Source of the DNA: a virus
Taxonomy: Duplodnaviria; Caudoviricetes
Length of the DNA: 49,456 nt
IMG/VR virus record: IMGVR_UViG_3300023197_000205
Span: 1 to 49,456 of that record
Strand: one strand, 5' to 3'
Shown: one piece after another, positions 26,759 to 35,381 of the stretch
Layout: each line of letters begins with the position of its first letter
Numbering within the stretch: the first letter of the stretch is position 1
Translations under genes and position numbers: made by a program
Notes under the pieces: generated by a model
Seen by the model: the letters and a program-made list of their open reading frames with translations, nothing else
Databases searched by the model: none
What the model was told of the DNA's origin: nothing

Positions 26759-27294
26759 GGTGACGGCGGGTCAAGTTCCGATGCGCGCTGGTCGAGAGCT
26801 ACCTCCCACGCCCCGCGGAAACGGTTTTTCGAGGTGATGTCCGTCTCGTCTCGCCAGGTCGTCGCCTCGATGATATCCCACTCCTTGTCACCCTTCCGGT
26901 AGAGCTCAAGGATCCGCTTTATCTCGCCCCGGAGACCGCCGTAGGCCTCGGCCTCGTTGTTCTCGTCGCGCCAGCCTTCAAAGCGAACGCGACCAGGCCG
27001 ATTGACATCGGCCGGGTTGGGCGGCCGCTCACTGCTGCGGACGGTGACCGTGACGAACGAATTCACGGACTCGTGCTGGTAGCCGACATCCATCGCCTCG
27101 TGGATCTCGTCGCCCCCATCGGAGATGTTGACGTGGTCGGTCGTCCGGAAGCGGATGCTTGAGGTGTCCTCGTCAATGTCGATCTGGGGCTTCGGGACGG
27201 GGTGGACCCGCCCAGTGATGCCGGGAGAGTCGCCGTCAGCACCTTCGACCCACTCCCGAGAGAGGATGTACTCCATCCACTGCAGGGCACTCAC
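26755..27294 (-). CDS. Putative tail terminator/completion protein
   Basis: Size and position between neck and tube genes. Confidence 0.55.
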   Translation of the reverse strand: MSALQWMEYILSREWVEGADGDSPGITGRVHPVPKPQIDIDEDTSSIRFRTTDHVNISDGGDEIHEAMDVGYQHESVNSFVTVTVRSSERPPNPADVNRPGRVRFEGWRDENNEAEAYGGLRGEIKRILELYRKGDKEWDIIEATTWRDETDITSKNRFRGAWEVALDQRASELDPPSP

Positions 27295-27728
27295 TCGCCG
27301 AACACCTCCTTCCAGGAGTCGCTCAACCAGTGCAGTGCTGGGACGCCCGGATGCTCAACACTCTTGAAGAACACCGTCGGGAACGTCTCCTCGAAGCGCT
27401 CGCGGATCTCTGGCGGGGCGTCGGGCCATTCGAACGCCAGATACTCCGCGTTCTTCGCCTCGATCTCGTGTTCGTCGGCACCGAACTGGAGAATAGGCGC
27501 TGCGACGTGAGGAAACACGAAGGCCCAAGCCTCCTCGGCGTCGTCCCACTCCGGCGGGAGTGAGCTCTGTGCGATCGGGTAGACATCGAACTCGTGTTCA
27601 TCGCCGCGTTGGTACAGCATCTCGATGGACTTCGAGTGCCACTCGTTCGCAGCTTCCTTCGTGGCGTCTTTCGCTACCGCTTCCATCTGGGCTTCGAAAC
27701 TCTCCCCATCGCCAGATACGTCGGCCAT
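27291..27728 (-). CDS. Neck protein, HK97 gp10-like
   Basis: APILQFGADEHEIEAKNAEYLAF...FFKSVEHPG; start MADVSG. Confidence 0.7.
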   Translation of the reverse strand: MADVSGDGESFEAQMEAVAKDATKEAANEWHSKSIEMLYQRGDEHEFDVYPIAQSSLPPEWDDAEEAWAFVFPHVAAPILQFGADEHEIEAKNAEYLAFEWPDAPPEIRERFEETFPTVFFKSVEHPGVPALHWLSDSWKEVFGE

Positions 27729-28636
27729 TAGTCGTACCCCGAGTTTCCGTTGTAGCTCGCGACGGTACTGTTCCACTCCTGCTCCCACTCGTCGAGTTTC
27801 GCCCGGCGGTCGAACGCTTCCGAGCCCTCGACCAGCCAGTCGGTGTAGTCGTCGTAGATGACGAGCTCCCGAGCTGCCTTCGCTGCGATCGCCTCGCGGA
27901 CGTCCATCGGGCAGTAGTGGATCACGGTCCCGGTGTCGTGAGACGTGTCCTCGGACAAGCGCAGCCCGCGGGACCGGATGGTGACTTCGTCGGCCGACTC
28001 GTCGACGGCCGAGATCTCGACGTACTCCGAACCGCCGACCAGCATGACCCCGCCGGTCTCTGGGAGACGGCTGGCGTTGGCGACAGACACCGTCTCCGTT
28101 GCTCCGGCAGACAGCGACGCTGACAGCGTCGTCTGCCCGGCCGAGATGTAGTCGCCGCCGGCGCCGAGCCGGTAGGACAGTCTGACGAACCGGTCGCGGT
28201 AGTTACGTAGCGCCGGAAGGTTGCCGCGGCCGGGCAGCGTGTAGAGCGTGAGCTTGCCCATCTCGTAGTCAGCCACCCACGAGGAGCCCTCACGGTTCGT
28301 GATGTCCGTCCAGGAGTCGCGGCCCGTCCGCCGCTCGATCATGTCCCCCTGCGAGGCGTCGAAGGGGATCACGTTGCGGTGGTCGAGGTAGACGTGGACT
28401 GGGAAGCCCGCGCCCTTCGCACTCTTGTACTTCGGCGCGTCGCCGCCGCCGACGCGGACGGGCCGCATGGGGGTCGCGTTGCGATCCCACTTCGATTCGA
28501 CGCCCTCGAGGCGGGAGATGATGATCTCCTCGTCGTCGTGGCCGATGAACGCGTTGTTGTCCAGATCCGACTGCTGCATCGTCGGGTCGAACTTTCGCAA
28601 CGCGTCCATCGGGAGCGCGTAGGTGAGGCGGGGCAT
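27728..28636 (-). CDS. Head-tail adaptor with an inserted beta domain
   Basis: VRLSYRLG...PMDVREAIAAKAA adaptor pattern interrupted by TTLSASL...RGLRLSEDTSH. Confidence 0.65.
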   Translation of the reverse strand: MPRLTYALPMDALRKFDPTMQQSDLDNNAFIGHDDEEIIISRLEGVESKWDRNATPMRPVRVGGGDAPKYKSAKGAGFPVHVYLDHRNVIPFDASQGDMIERRTGRDSWTDITNREGSSWVADYEMGKLTLYTLPGRGNLPALRNYRDRFVRLSYRLGAGGDYISAGQTTLSASLSAGATETVSVANASRLPETGGVMLVGGSEYVEISAVDESADEVTIRSRGLRLSEDTSHDTGTVIHYCPMDVREAIAAKAARELVIYDDYTDWLVEGSEAFDRRAKLDEWEQEWNSTVASYNGNSGYD

Positions 28637-28645
28637 CGGTTAGGA

Positions 28646-28813
28646 TCAGTCCGTGTGGATCATCGCCAGACCGACGCGGTCACGGTGTTCGTAGACCTTC
28701 TGAACCGTGTCGAGCGAAGTGATCCCGGAGTTGTTGTTCAGCCAGGTCTGGATCGCCGACTCAGCGTCGCCCTTGTTCGCGTGGAACTCGATGACGTCGA
28801 CGTCGTCGGACAT
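28646..28813 (-). CDS. Small hypothetical protein (55 aa)
   Basis: My translation MSDDVDVIEFHANKGDAESAIQTWLNNNSGITSLDTVQKVYEHRDRVGLAMIHTD. Confidence 0.65.
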   Translation of the reverse strand: MSDDVDVIEFHANKGDAESAIQTWLNNNSGITSLDTVQKVYEHRDRVGLAMIHTD

Positions 28814-28819
28814 CGGCTA

Positions 28820-29101
28820 TCACCGCCGCCCTTCGACGCGGACCTTGACCTCGCCGACGTCCGTCTCCGAGCCGGGGTCGCTGCCGTCGGCGGTTGTGGC
28901 GAACTCGAACTGTCCGGCCGAGTGGTTCCAGAAGACCGTGTAGGTCGTCCCCTGAGTGTAGCCGACGATGGTGACGCTCTCGGGGTTCGAGAGGCCAGTG
29001 TTGGCCGCCGGGTCCCAGGGTTCGTTGTTCGCGTTGGTGAGCGAGTCGACCGTCACCGTGACGGTCTCGACTTCTAGGACGCCGCCGTTATCGGGCGCCA
29101 T
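28820..29101 (-). CDS. Putative capsid decoration/minor head protein
   Basis: Beta-rich 93-aa ORF downstream of MCP. Confidence 0.55.
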   Translation of the reverse strand: MAPDNGGVLEVETVTVTVDSLTNANNEPWDPAANTGLSNPESVTIVGYTQGTTYTVFWNHSAGQFEFATTADGSDPGSETDVGEVKVRVEGRR

Positions 29102-29748
29102 CAGTCGTCACCCCCACTTGCCGCTTCGAGAGCGTCGTGCACGGCCGATTCGTCCTTCTCGGCGAGGAACTCTGCCAGGTCGCTCTTGTCGGCACCGCGC
29201 AGCGAGAACTCGCTGGCGTCCTCGCGGGCTTCCTTCACGGCAGCCTTCAGCTGCGAGCGCGAGTAGTCCCCGACGAGCGAGGCGACACGGCCGTCGTCGG
29301 CCTGGTCATCGTCCTCGGCCGACTCTTCGATGCCGGCGATTTCTCGGAGCTGTGCCTCGACCGGGCCCGCCTGCATCGGGTCCTCGATCCCGAGGGCTTC
29401 GAACACCTCCTCCTGCAGGTCGAGGTCGGCACGCCGGCCGAACACGTTCTGCGGGAGGCGGTTCTTCGACAGGAGCGCCTCGGCGAACGCCCCGGCGTCG
29501 TCGGCGTAGACGAGGTCGAGGTCGTCCCGGTTCTCCAGGTACGCGAGCCCCTCGTCGGGGACCAGCGCGAAGTACCAGACGCCGTTGTTGAGCGGCGCGG
29601 TGCCGGGCCACTTGCCCTGGCTGGCGAGCGCCCCGCGCGTCGCGAGGCTGCTGTGCTCGCCGACGTAGCGGACCGCCACCAGTACGAGACCGCGGATGTC
29701 GCCGGACTCGAGCTGGTCGAAGTTCTGCTGGAGCGCGATCACGCCCAT
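29101..29748 (-). CDS. Hypothetical head-associated protein
   Basis: Follows MCP; C-terminal SRSQLK...KSDLAEFL helical motif. Confidence 0.7.
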   Translation of the reverse strand: MGVIALQQNFDQLESGDIRGLVLVAVRYVGEHSSLATRGALASQGKWPGTAPLNNGVWYFALVPDEGLAYLENRDDLDLVYADDAGAFAEALLSKNRLPQNVFGRRADLDLQEEVFEALGIEDPMQAGPVEAQLREIAGIEESAEDDDQADDGRVASLVGDYSRSQLKAAVKEAREDASEFSLRGADKSDLAEFLAEKDESAVHDALEAASGGDD

Positions 29749-29751
29749 GGG

Positions 29752-31020
29752 TTACTCCTCCACGTCGCGGAGCTTGCCCATCGCGCTGAAGTCGCGGACC
29801 ACGAGCTCGTGGTACATGGCGAACAGCGCCTCGTTCTTGAACTCGCCCGTTGCGAGCGGGTTGACCGGGGCGTCTGCACCCGCGCGCCAGACGTCGGGTG
29901 CGCGGTAGTTCTCGATGCTGATCTTCGGCTTGGCGTCCTCGTTCTCGCCACCGGTCTGGGCGAGCGACGGGTCCATCGCGTAGATGCGTTCGAGACTGTC
30001 GCTCGGGACAGTCTCGGCGACGACGACCGGCATCGAGTCCCAGTGGGAGATCTGGGCGTTGAAGTTCGCGCCCAGCCGGGACTCGGCATCGTTGACATCC
30101 TCGCGCGAGGGAGACTGAAGCGCGTCGGCGCGGAACTGCGAGTCGCGCAGGTCCGACATGACACGCGCCGTGTTGTAGCCCGTGACCAGAAACACGTTCT
30201 CGCGCTCGGCGCTGCCGTTCTGGACGTAGTTGTCGATGAACGTGTTGATGCGGTCAGCGGTCAGCTGCCGCAGCGTCCCACTGTTGTGGTCGACGTAGGC
30301 GTCGGCCCAGTTGGCCTCGTTGTCGCCGCCAGCACCGGTCGCCGAGCGGTCGATGTCGTAGACGTCCAGGTCACCGTCACTGAACGCGTCGCCGTTGGCG
30401 TCGACGCCGTTGGTCTCCTCGTCCTCCGAGGCGATCGCGCGGTCGATCGTCAGCAGGAGGTCGTCGTTGCTGTACTGCGGGGTATCGCCCGCCGTCGCAC
30501 CGGTCGCGTTGACGGTGCGGGCCAGCGCATCCCGCTCGACCGAGCGGGTCATGTAGTCCCGCATGATGTCGATGAGCTCCTCGAGCCCGACGGTGTCGTG
30601 ACCGAGGCGGCTCTCGATGTCGGCGATGAGGTCGCTCTCGATCGCCATCGAGGAGATCCGGACGTCAGCGGCGACGCGCCGAAGGTCGGCCGTGACAGCC
30701 GACGGGACCGAGCCACCGCCCGAGACGCCGCTGACGCTCGGCGGGTTGAAGATCGACCGGAAGGTCTTCGCCGGCGTGTCGCCAGGCGAGATGCTCTCCT
30801 CCCCGGTGCGGTCGACCGACGGGATGGCACCGAGGATGTTGTTCTTCATGTTGACCTGGTTGTACAGGACCAGGCCCGCGATGTCGTTGGCCAGACCGGT
30901 GGTGTCGGTACCGAAGGTGGCCTGCTGTTCGAGCTCGTCGAACAGGTCGGACCACATGCCTCGGGCGACGCTACCGGGGGTGTACTGCTGCTCGTAGAGA
31001 TGCTGGGTGTGTGCGTGCAT
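29752..31020 (-). CDS. Major capsid protein (HK97 fold expected)
   Basis: 422 aa after the protease/scaffold gene; MPVVVAETVP; ends ELVVRDFSAMGKLRDV. Confidence 0.85.
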   Translation of the reverse strand: MHAHTQHLYEQQYTPGSVARGMWSDLFDELEQQATFGTDTTGLANDIAGLVLYNQVNMKNNILGAIPSVDRTGEESISPGDTPAKTFRSIFNPPSVSGVSGGGSVPSAVTADLRRVAADVRISSMAIESDLIADIESRLGHDTVGLEELIDIMRDYMTRSVERDALARTVNATGATAGDTPQYSNDDLLLTIDRAIASEDEETNGVDANGDAFSDGDLDVYDIDRSATGAGGDNEANWADAYVDHNSGTLRQLTADRINTFIDNYVQNGSAERENVFLVTGYNTARVMSDLRDSQFRADALQSPSREDVNDAESRLGANFNAQISHWDSMPVVVAETVPSDSLERIYAMDPSLAQTGGENEDAKPKISIENYRAPDVWRAGADAPVNPLATGEFKNEALFAMYHELVVRDFSAMGKLRDVEE

Positions 31021-31021
31021 G

Positions 31022-32605
31022 TTAGTTACCTCCGTCGCCGCCGAAGGTCATGGACTCGACCACGGCGTCGACGTCTTCCTTGATGTCCGATTCGTCGCTC
31101 GCGCTGCCGCCCTCGGGGTCAGGCGTACCGCCGGTCTCCATCTGCTGGGTGACGTTGTCCGCCACCGTCTCCCCGATGTTCTCGACGGCGTCGTCGAGCT
31201 GCTGGGAGAGCTCGCCGAACCGCTCGTCGAACTCCTCCTGCGTGACGTACTCGACGTCCTCGCCGCCGTCGTCGGACTGGGTTTCGAGGTCGCCGAGGTG
31301 CTCCCCGACAGCCTCGCCGACGGCGTCGCTGACTTCCTGCTGGACGAGGTCGCGGACCTCCTCCTCACCGAGCCCGCCCTGCTGCTCGGGGGTCGTGTCC
31401 TCGCCTGGGTCGTCACCGCCGTCGCCGCCGGTCTCGGCCTGCTCCTCGGGTTCGGGGTCGTCCTCGTCCTCGTCCTCGGGGTCAGGGTCCTCACCCTCCT
31501 CGGCCGCGACGGCCGCTTCGAGTTCGTTGAACAGGGCGTGGACCTCTTCCACGTCCATCCCGAGTTCGTCGGCGACCTCGGCCGCGAGATCGTCGCGGTT
31601 CATCTCTTCCTGCTCGAGACGCTCGCCGATCTTTTCGAGGCGCTCTTCTGCCTGCTGTGCGATGTGCTCGGCGTCGCCGTCGTCGCCGACCACGTCCGCA
31701 GCAGCATCGTCGAGCGACTGCTCGCTCTGCTGTGCTACCTGGATCGTTTCCTCAACCAGCCCCTCCTGGGACTGGCTGAAGAGATGTCGAAAGATGCTCA
31801 TTGTGAGTCGCTGTTCCAGAGTTCCACCGGGGTCCTCGGCCGTCCGACGACCAGTCGTGGGCCGCCGGGGTGTCGTGTCGGCGTCATCGGTCCCGGTCGC
31901 ACCGCTACTTCCGAACAGGGCCTGGAACTCTGCCACACCGAAGTGCGAGCCCTTGTTCTTGATCAGTTCGTCCTCGCCGATCGTGACCGCGAGAAAGTCG
32001 ACCTCCTTGGCGATCTTGCCCTTCTCGACGCGGTCGTACTCGCGGGTGTAGACCGTCACCGAGAAACCATCGAGGTGGCCGTAGTACGCTCCGAGGCGGG
32101 TCTCCTGCGCGATGACCGACCCCTCGGGAGCCCCACGGCCGTAGACGTTCGCGACGATCCACAGGGCGTCCTCCTCGGCCTCACCGCTCCCGTCGGGGAG
32201 TGGCTCGCCTTCCCGGACGACCTGCGTTTCGAGCGTGTCGCCGGCGTCGAACCGGAGCGTCTCGTCGTTGTCGAGGTGGACGGTCGTCGACTCGTCCAGC
32301 GTGTGCGACTCGAGGAACTCGCCGACTTTGACGTCGTCGTGACGCCGCGAGAGGTTGTCGAGCGCCAGCAGCTGATCCAGCTGCTCCTCCAGAGCATCCA
32401 TCTCGATGTAGAGATGCTCCTCGCCGGGGCCGGGTTCGTTCCACTGCTCGATCGAGGCCTTGCCGAACAGGATGAACTCGTCGACGGTGACGACCTCGCG
32501 TTCCTCGTCGGTGAGGTTCTCCAGGTCGAACTGTGCGTCGGTCCGGACCGGGCCCTGTTCGAGCGGGCTAAACGAACCTCTCGCGGCTGTTTTCGTCGTG
32601 CTCAT
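31022..32605 (-). CDS. Prohead protease fused to an acidic scaffold
   Basis: RRHDD..VG and LDGFSV protease-like motifs; very acidic coiled-coil C-half. Confidence 0.8.
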   Translation of the reverse strand: MSTTKTAARGSFSPLEQGPVRTDAQFDLENLTDEEREVVTVDEFILFGKASIEQWNEPGPGEEHLYIEMDALEEQLDQLLALDNLSRRHDDVKVGEFLESHTLDESTTVHLDNDETLRFDAGDTLETQVVREGEPLPDGSGEAEEDALWIVANVYGRGAPEGSVIAQETRLGAYYGHLDGFSVTVYTREYDRVEKGKIAKEVDFLAVTIGEDELIKNKGSHFGVAEFQALFGSSGATGTDDADTTPRRPTTGRRTAEDPGGTLEQRLTMSIFRHLFSQSQEGLVEETIQVAQQSEQSLDDAAADVVGDDGDAEHIAQQAEERLEKIGERLEQEEMNRDDLAAEVADELGMDVEEVHALFNELEAAVAAEEGEDPDPEDEDEDDPEPEEQAETGGDGGDDPGEDTTPEQQGGLGEEEVRDLVQQEVSDAVGEAVGEHLGDLETQSDDGGEDVEYVTQEEFDERFGELSQQLDDAVENIGETVADNVTQQMETGGTPDPEGGSASDESDIKEDVDAVVESMTFGGDGGN

Positions 32606-32632
32606 AAGCTACTGGTCGTGGTGAAAACTGCG

Positions 32633-33070
32633 CTACTCGGACTGGCTCTGACTGTCGGTAGGGGCCGCACTGCCCTCCCCATCGACAACTTCGACGTCGA
32701 CGTTGTACCGCTCGCCGATCGCGTCGAGTGCTTCCTGCGACAGGCCGATGATCACTGCCTGCTGGTGGGGAGCATCCTCGTCCGCGCAGTCAGCGCAGAC
32801 CATCGACCCCTCCATCCGGCTGGGTGCCCCGCAGCTCCGGCACTCGTCCGGGAGCTCCTGCTCGACGATCGCCGCCTGCAGGATCTCCGCCAGCATCTCC
32901 TCGGGGTGTGCATCCGCGGCCTGGAGGAGCCTACCCAGATCGAGGTCGTCGAACTCCTCGGCTTGGCCTTCGACCTGGCGTTTGATCGTCGCGCAGTACG
33001 CCTCGGGGTCGTCCTTGTCGCTGTGGGCGCGGACGCACGCCTCGAAGTCGTCGTAGTCTGCGAAAGGCAT
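32633..33070 (-). CDS. Hypothetical head-module protein
   Basis: Start MPFADYDDFEACV...PEAYCA; CRSC...CADC. Confidence 0.7.
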   Translation of the reverse strand: MPFADYDDFEACVRAHSDKDDPEAYCATIKRQVEGQAEEFDDLDLGRLLQAADAHPEEMLAEILQAAIVEQELPDECRSCGAPSRMEGSMVCADCADEDAPHQQAVIIGLSQEALDAIGERYNVDVEVVDGEGSAAPTDSQSQSE

Positions 33071-33075
33071 AGGTG

Positions 33076-35379
33076 TCAGTCGAAGTGCTCGACGAACGTG
33101 TCCCGCTCGCCCCAGTGGACGGACCACTCCGCCCCGCCGAACTCGGGGTAGTGCTCCTCACGCTTCTCCTTGACCAGCTCTTTCAGTTCGTCAAGCGGGC
33201 GGGGTTCGCCGCCGTACTGCGGGTTTGTCTCGCGGAGGAGCTCCCAGCAGGCGTCGGTCTTGTCGTCATCCGCCGGGCCGACCCACTTGAACAGCCGGTC
33301 GTCCGTATCACCCTGACGCTGGTAGCCCTGCTCGCGAGCCTCGTTGAGCACGTTCGTCAGCTGCGTCTCAAGCGTGTCCGCGGCCTGCTGCTCGCTGATC
33401 TTGAACCGGTCGGCGAAGTCCTTGATGAGTGAGCGCCGGGACCAGCCCTGGGGCTGATCCAGCTTCTCCTCGAAGAACCGCTTGACCGCCTCCCCGGTGA
33501 CGTTTGGTGCGTCGTACTCGCCACGGTAGATCGAGCCCGCGGTGAGCGCCTGTTCGATGAGCTCCTGAACGAACTGGGGCATGTCACCGTCGTCGGTCCA
33601 GAACGGCTGTCGGGCCTGCTGGTCCAGACCGAGCGGGTCATCCTCACCCCAGACGAGTTCCCGCTGCATCGCTTCGAGCTGGCGAACGGCAGCGTCGATG
33701 TCGTCACCACCGTCCTGGTGTTCGGCGCGGACGTTCGGCGGCTCGATGTCTGTCGGGGCGTCCCCGCCGTTTCCGTTGCCGTTGCCGGTCGGGGAGTTCT
33801 CGCCTGGCGGGCCCCGTTCCGGCTCGCGGACGCCGTCGGTGTCCTGGACCTCCAGCTGCCCGTCGTCGATGGAGTAGGCGAGCCCGTTCTGCTCCGCGAT
33901 CGCGGTCGCCCGGACGGTGTCCAGCGTCGACGTCTCCTCTTCGGGGGCCTCGGGCGGGACGAACCGGATGTCCCAGTCGTCGAAGCCCAGCGAGTCCATC
34001 AGCTTCCGCAGCGGACCCTCCATCAGGTCCTGGTGGGTTGTCGCCTTGTCCCGGTCGTTGATCGTCAGTTGCAGGCCCTCGTTGTTCAGGCCCCCTGCGT
34101 CGGAGAGCTCGGAGTCCTGCGCGTCAACGAGCCCGTACCGGGAGCGGATGTCGGACTTGTAGTCCTGCTTCAGCTGGTCGGACTGGCCGAGGATCTCGTC
34201 CGACATCAGGTCGATCACCTGCGCCGTGTCCGACGAGGAGTCCGCGCCCGGCGGCACCTCGTTGTACAGGAACCCCTGCGCGTAGGCGTCCTCGTCGGCC
34301 TCGTCCTGCGCCTGGTCCAGCTGTTTCTCGACCGCCTGCTTGTTCGACGTGTGGAGGATGACAACCCGGCCGGGGTAGCGGTTCGTATTCTCCTGGTCGT
34401 AGTAGCCGCCGGCGTACAGGTCCATCCAGTGGAGGATGGCCTGCTTGAGCCACAGCGAGTCCAGCGGGGAGAGAGCGTCCTTCCCCGCGAGACGTGGCTC
34501 GAACGCCGCGTAGTCGATGACCTCGTCGTCGAAGTACACCTTCTGCGGCTCGGTGTCGCTGACCTTCTCGACCTCGGCGTAGTGCACCTCGCGGAGCTCG
34601 ACGCCGTGTTCCTCGCAGCGTCCGGGTTGGCGCTGCATCGTTTCGACGCGGTCGTCGCAGACGGGGCACGCCCACCACCAGTTCCCGATCCGGCCGTTCT
34701 CGTCTACGACCGGCTTCAGCCGCTTTGGGTCCGCCCGGACGAGTTCGAGCGGGTCCTCCTGGACGGTGCCACGCTCGATGACCGTCTCGCCGCCGATCTC
34801 GACCGTTTGCTTGTCCCAGTAGGTGTACTGCTTCTTGACGATGTGCGTCCAGATGCCGAGCCGGCCGGCGTCCCGGGCGAGGAACTTGTACAGCTGCCGG
34901 AGGGACTGCCCCTCGCGGTTCACCTGCCGGAAGAACTGCTTCGCCCGCGTTCGCTGCTTGGGCGACGGCTCCCGTAGATCCGAGCAGTCGCAGTGACTGC
35001 AGACGTCAACCTCGTTGTCGAACTCCGCGCCGCAGTCCTTGCACTTGCAGGTGTACCGCGGCGTGAGGATGGGGAACTTGTTCCGGTAGAGCTCGCCAGC
35101 CCGCTTGGCGTTGGCCTTCGAGATCTCCATCCCGTGCAGGCCGACCGCTTCGAGCGCGACCGGGCCCAGCGAGGACATGAACTCGTTGGCACGCTTGATG
35201 ACACCACCGTCTTCGACTTCGCCGGAGACGGGGTCGTCCGTCGTGGAGTCCGGTTCGGGGTCGGTCTGGCTGGAGAGATCTTTGAGCGCTGCCTGCTGCG
35301 CCAACTGTTCGCCGTAACCGATGTACACTGCCCCGCCCTCTGGGTCGTCGACCTTGAGCGCCGAGGCATCTGTTACCAT
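33076..35379 (-). CDS. Portal protein with Zn-ribbon inserts and C-terminal MuF/SPP1 gp7-like domain
   Basis: Follows terL; LSPL...W.IRF portal pattern; FKWVGPADD..TDAC...HWGERDT. Confidence 0.8.
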   Translation of the reverse strand: MVTDASALKVDDPEGGAVYIGYGEQLAQQAALKDLSSQTDPEPDSTTDDPVSGEVEDGGVIKRANEFMSSLGPVALEAVGLHGMEISKANAKRAGELYRNKFPILTPRYTCKCKDCGAEFDNEVDVCSHCDCSDLREPSPKQRTRAKQFFRQVNREGQSLRQLYKFLARDAGRLGIWTHIVKKQYTYWDKQTVEIGGETVIERGTVQEDPLELVRADPKRLKPVVDENGRIGNWWWACPVCDDRVETMQRQPGRCEEHGVELREVHYAEVEKVSDTEPQKVYFDDEVIDYAAFEPRLAGKDALSPLDSLWLKQAILHWMDLYAGGYYDQENTNRYPGRVVILHTSNKQAVEKQLDQAQDEADEDAYAQGFLYNEVPPGADSSSDTAQVIDLMSDEILGQSDQLKQDYKSDIRSRYGLVDAQDSELSDAGGLNNEGLQLTINDRDKATTHQDLMEGPLRKLMDSLGFDDWDIRFVPPEAPEEETSTLDTVRATAIAEQNGLAYSIDDGQLEVQDTDGVREPERGPPGENSPTGNGNGNGGDAPTDIEPPNVRAEHQDGGDDIDAAVRQLEAMQRELVWGEDDPLGLDQQARQPFWTDDGDMPQFVQELIEQALTAGSIYRGEYDAPNVTGEAVKRFFEEKLDQPQGWSRRSLIKDFADRFKISEQQAADTLETQLTNVLNEAREQGYQRQGDTDDRLFKWVGPADDDKTDACWELLRETNPQYGGEPRPLDELKELVKEKREEHYPEFGGAEWSVHWGERDTFVEHFD

Positions 35380-35381
35380 AC

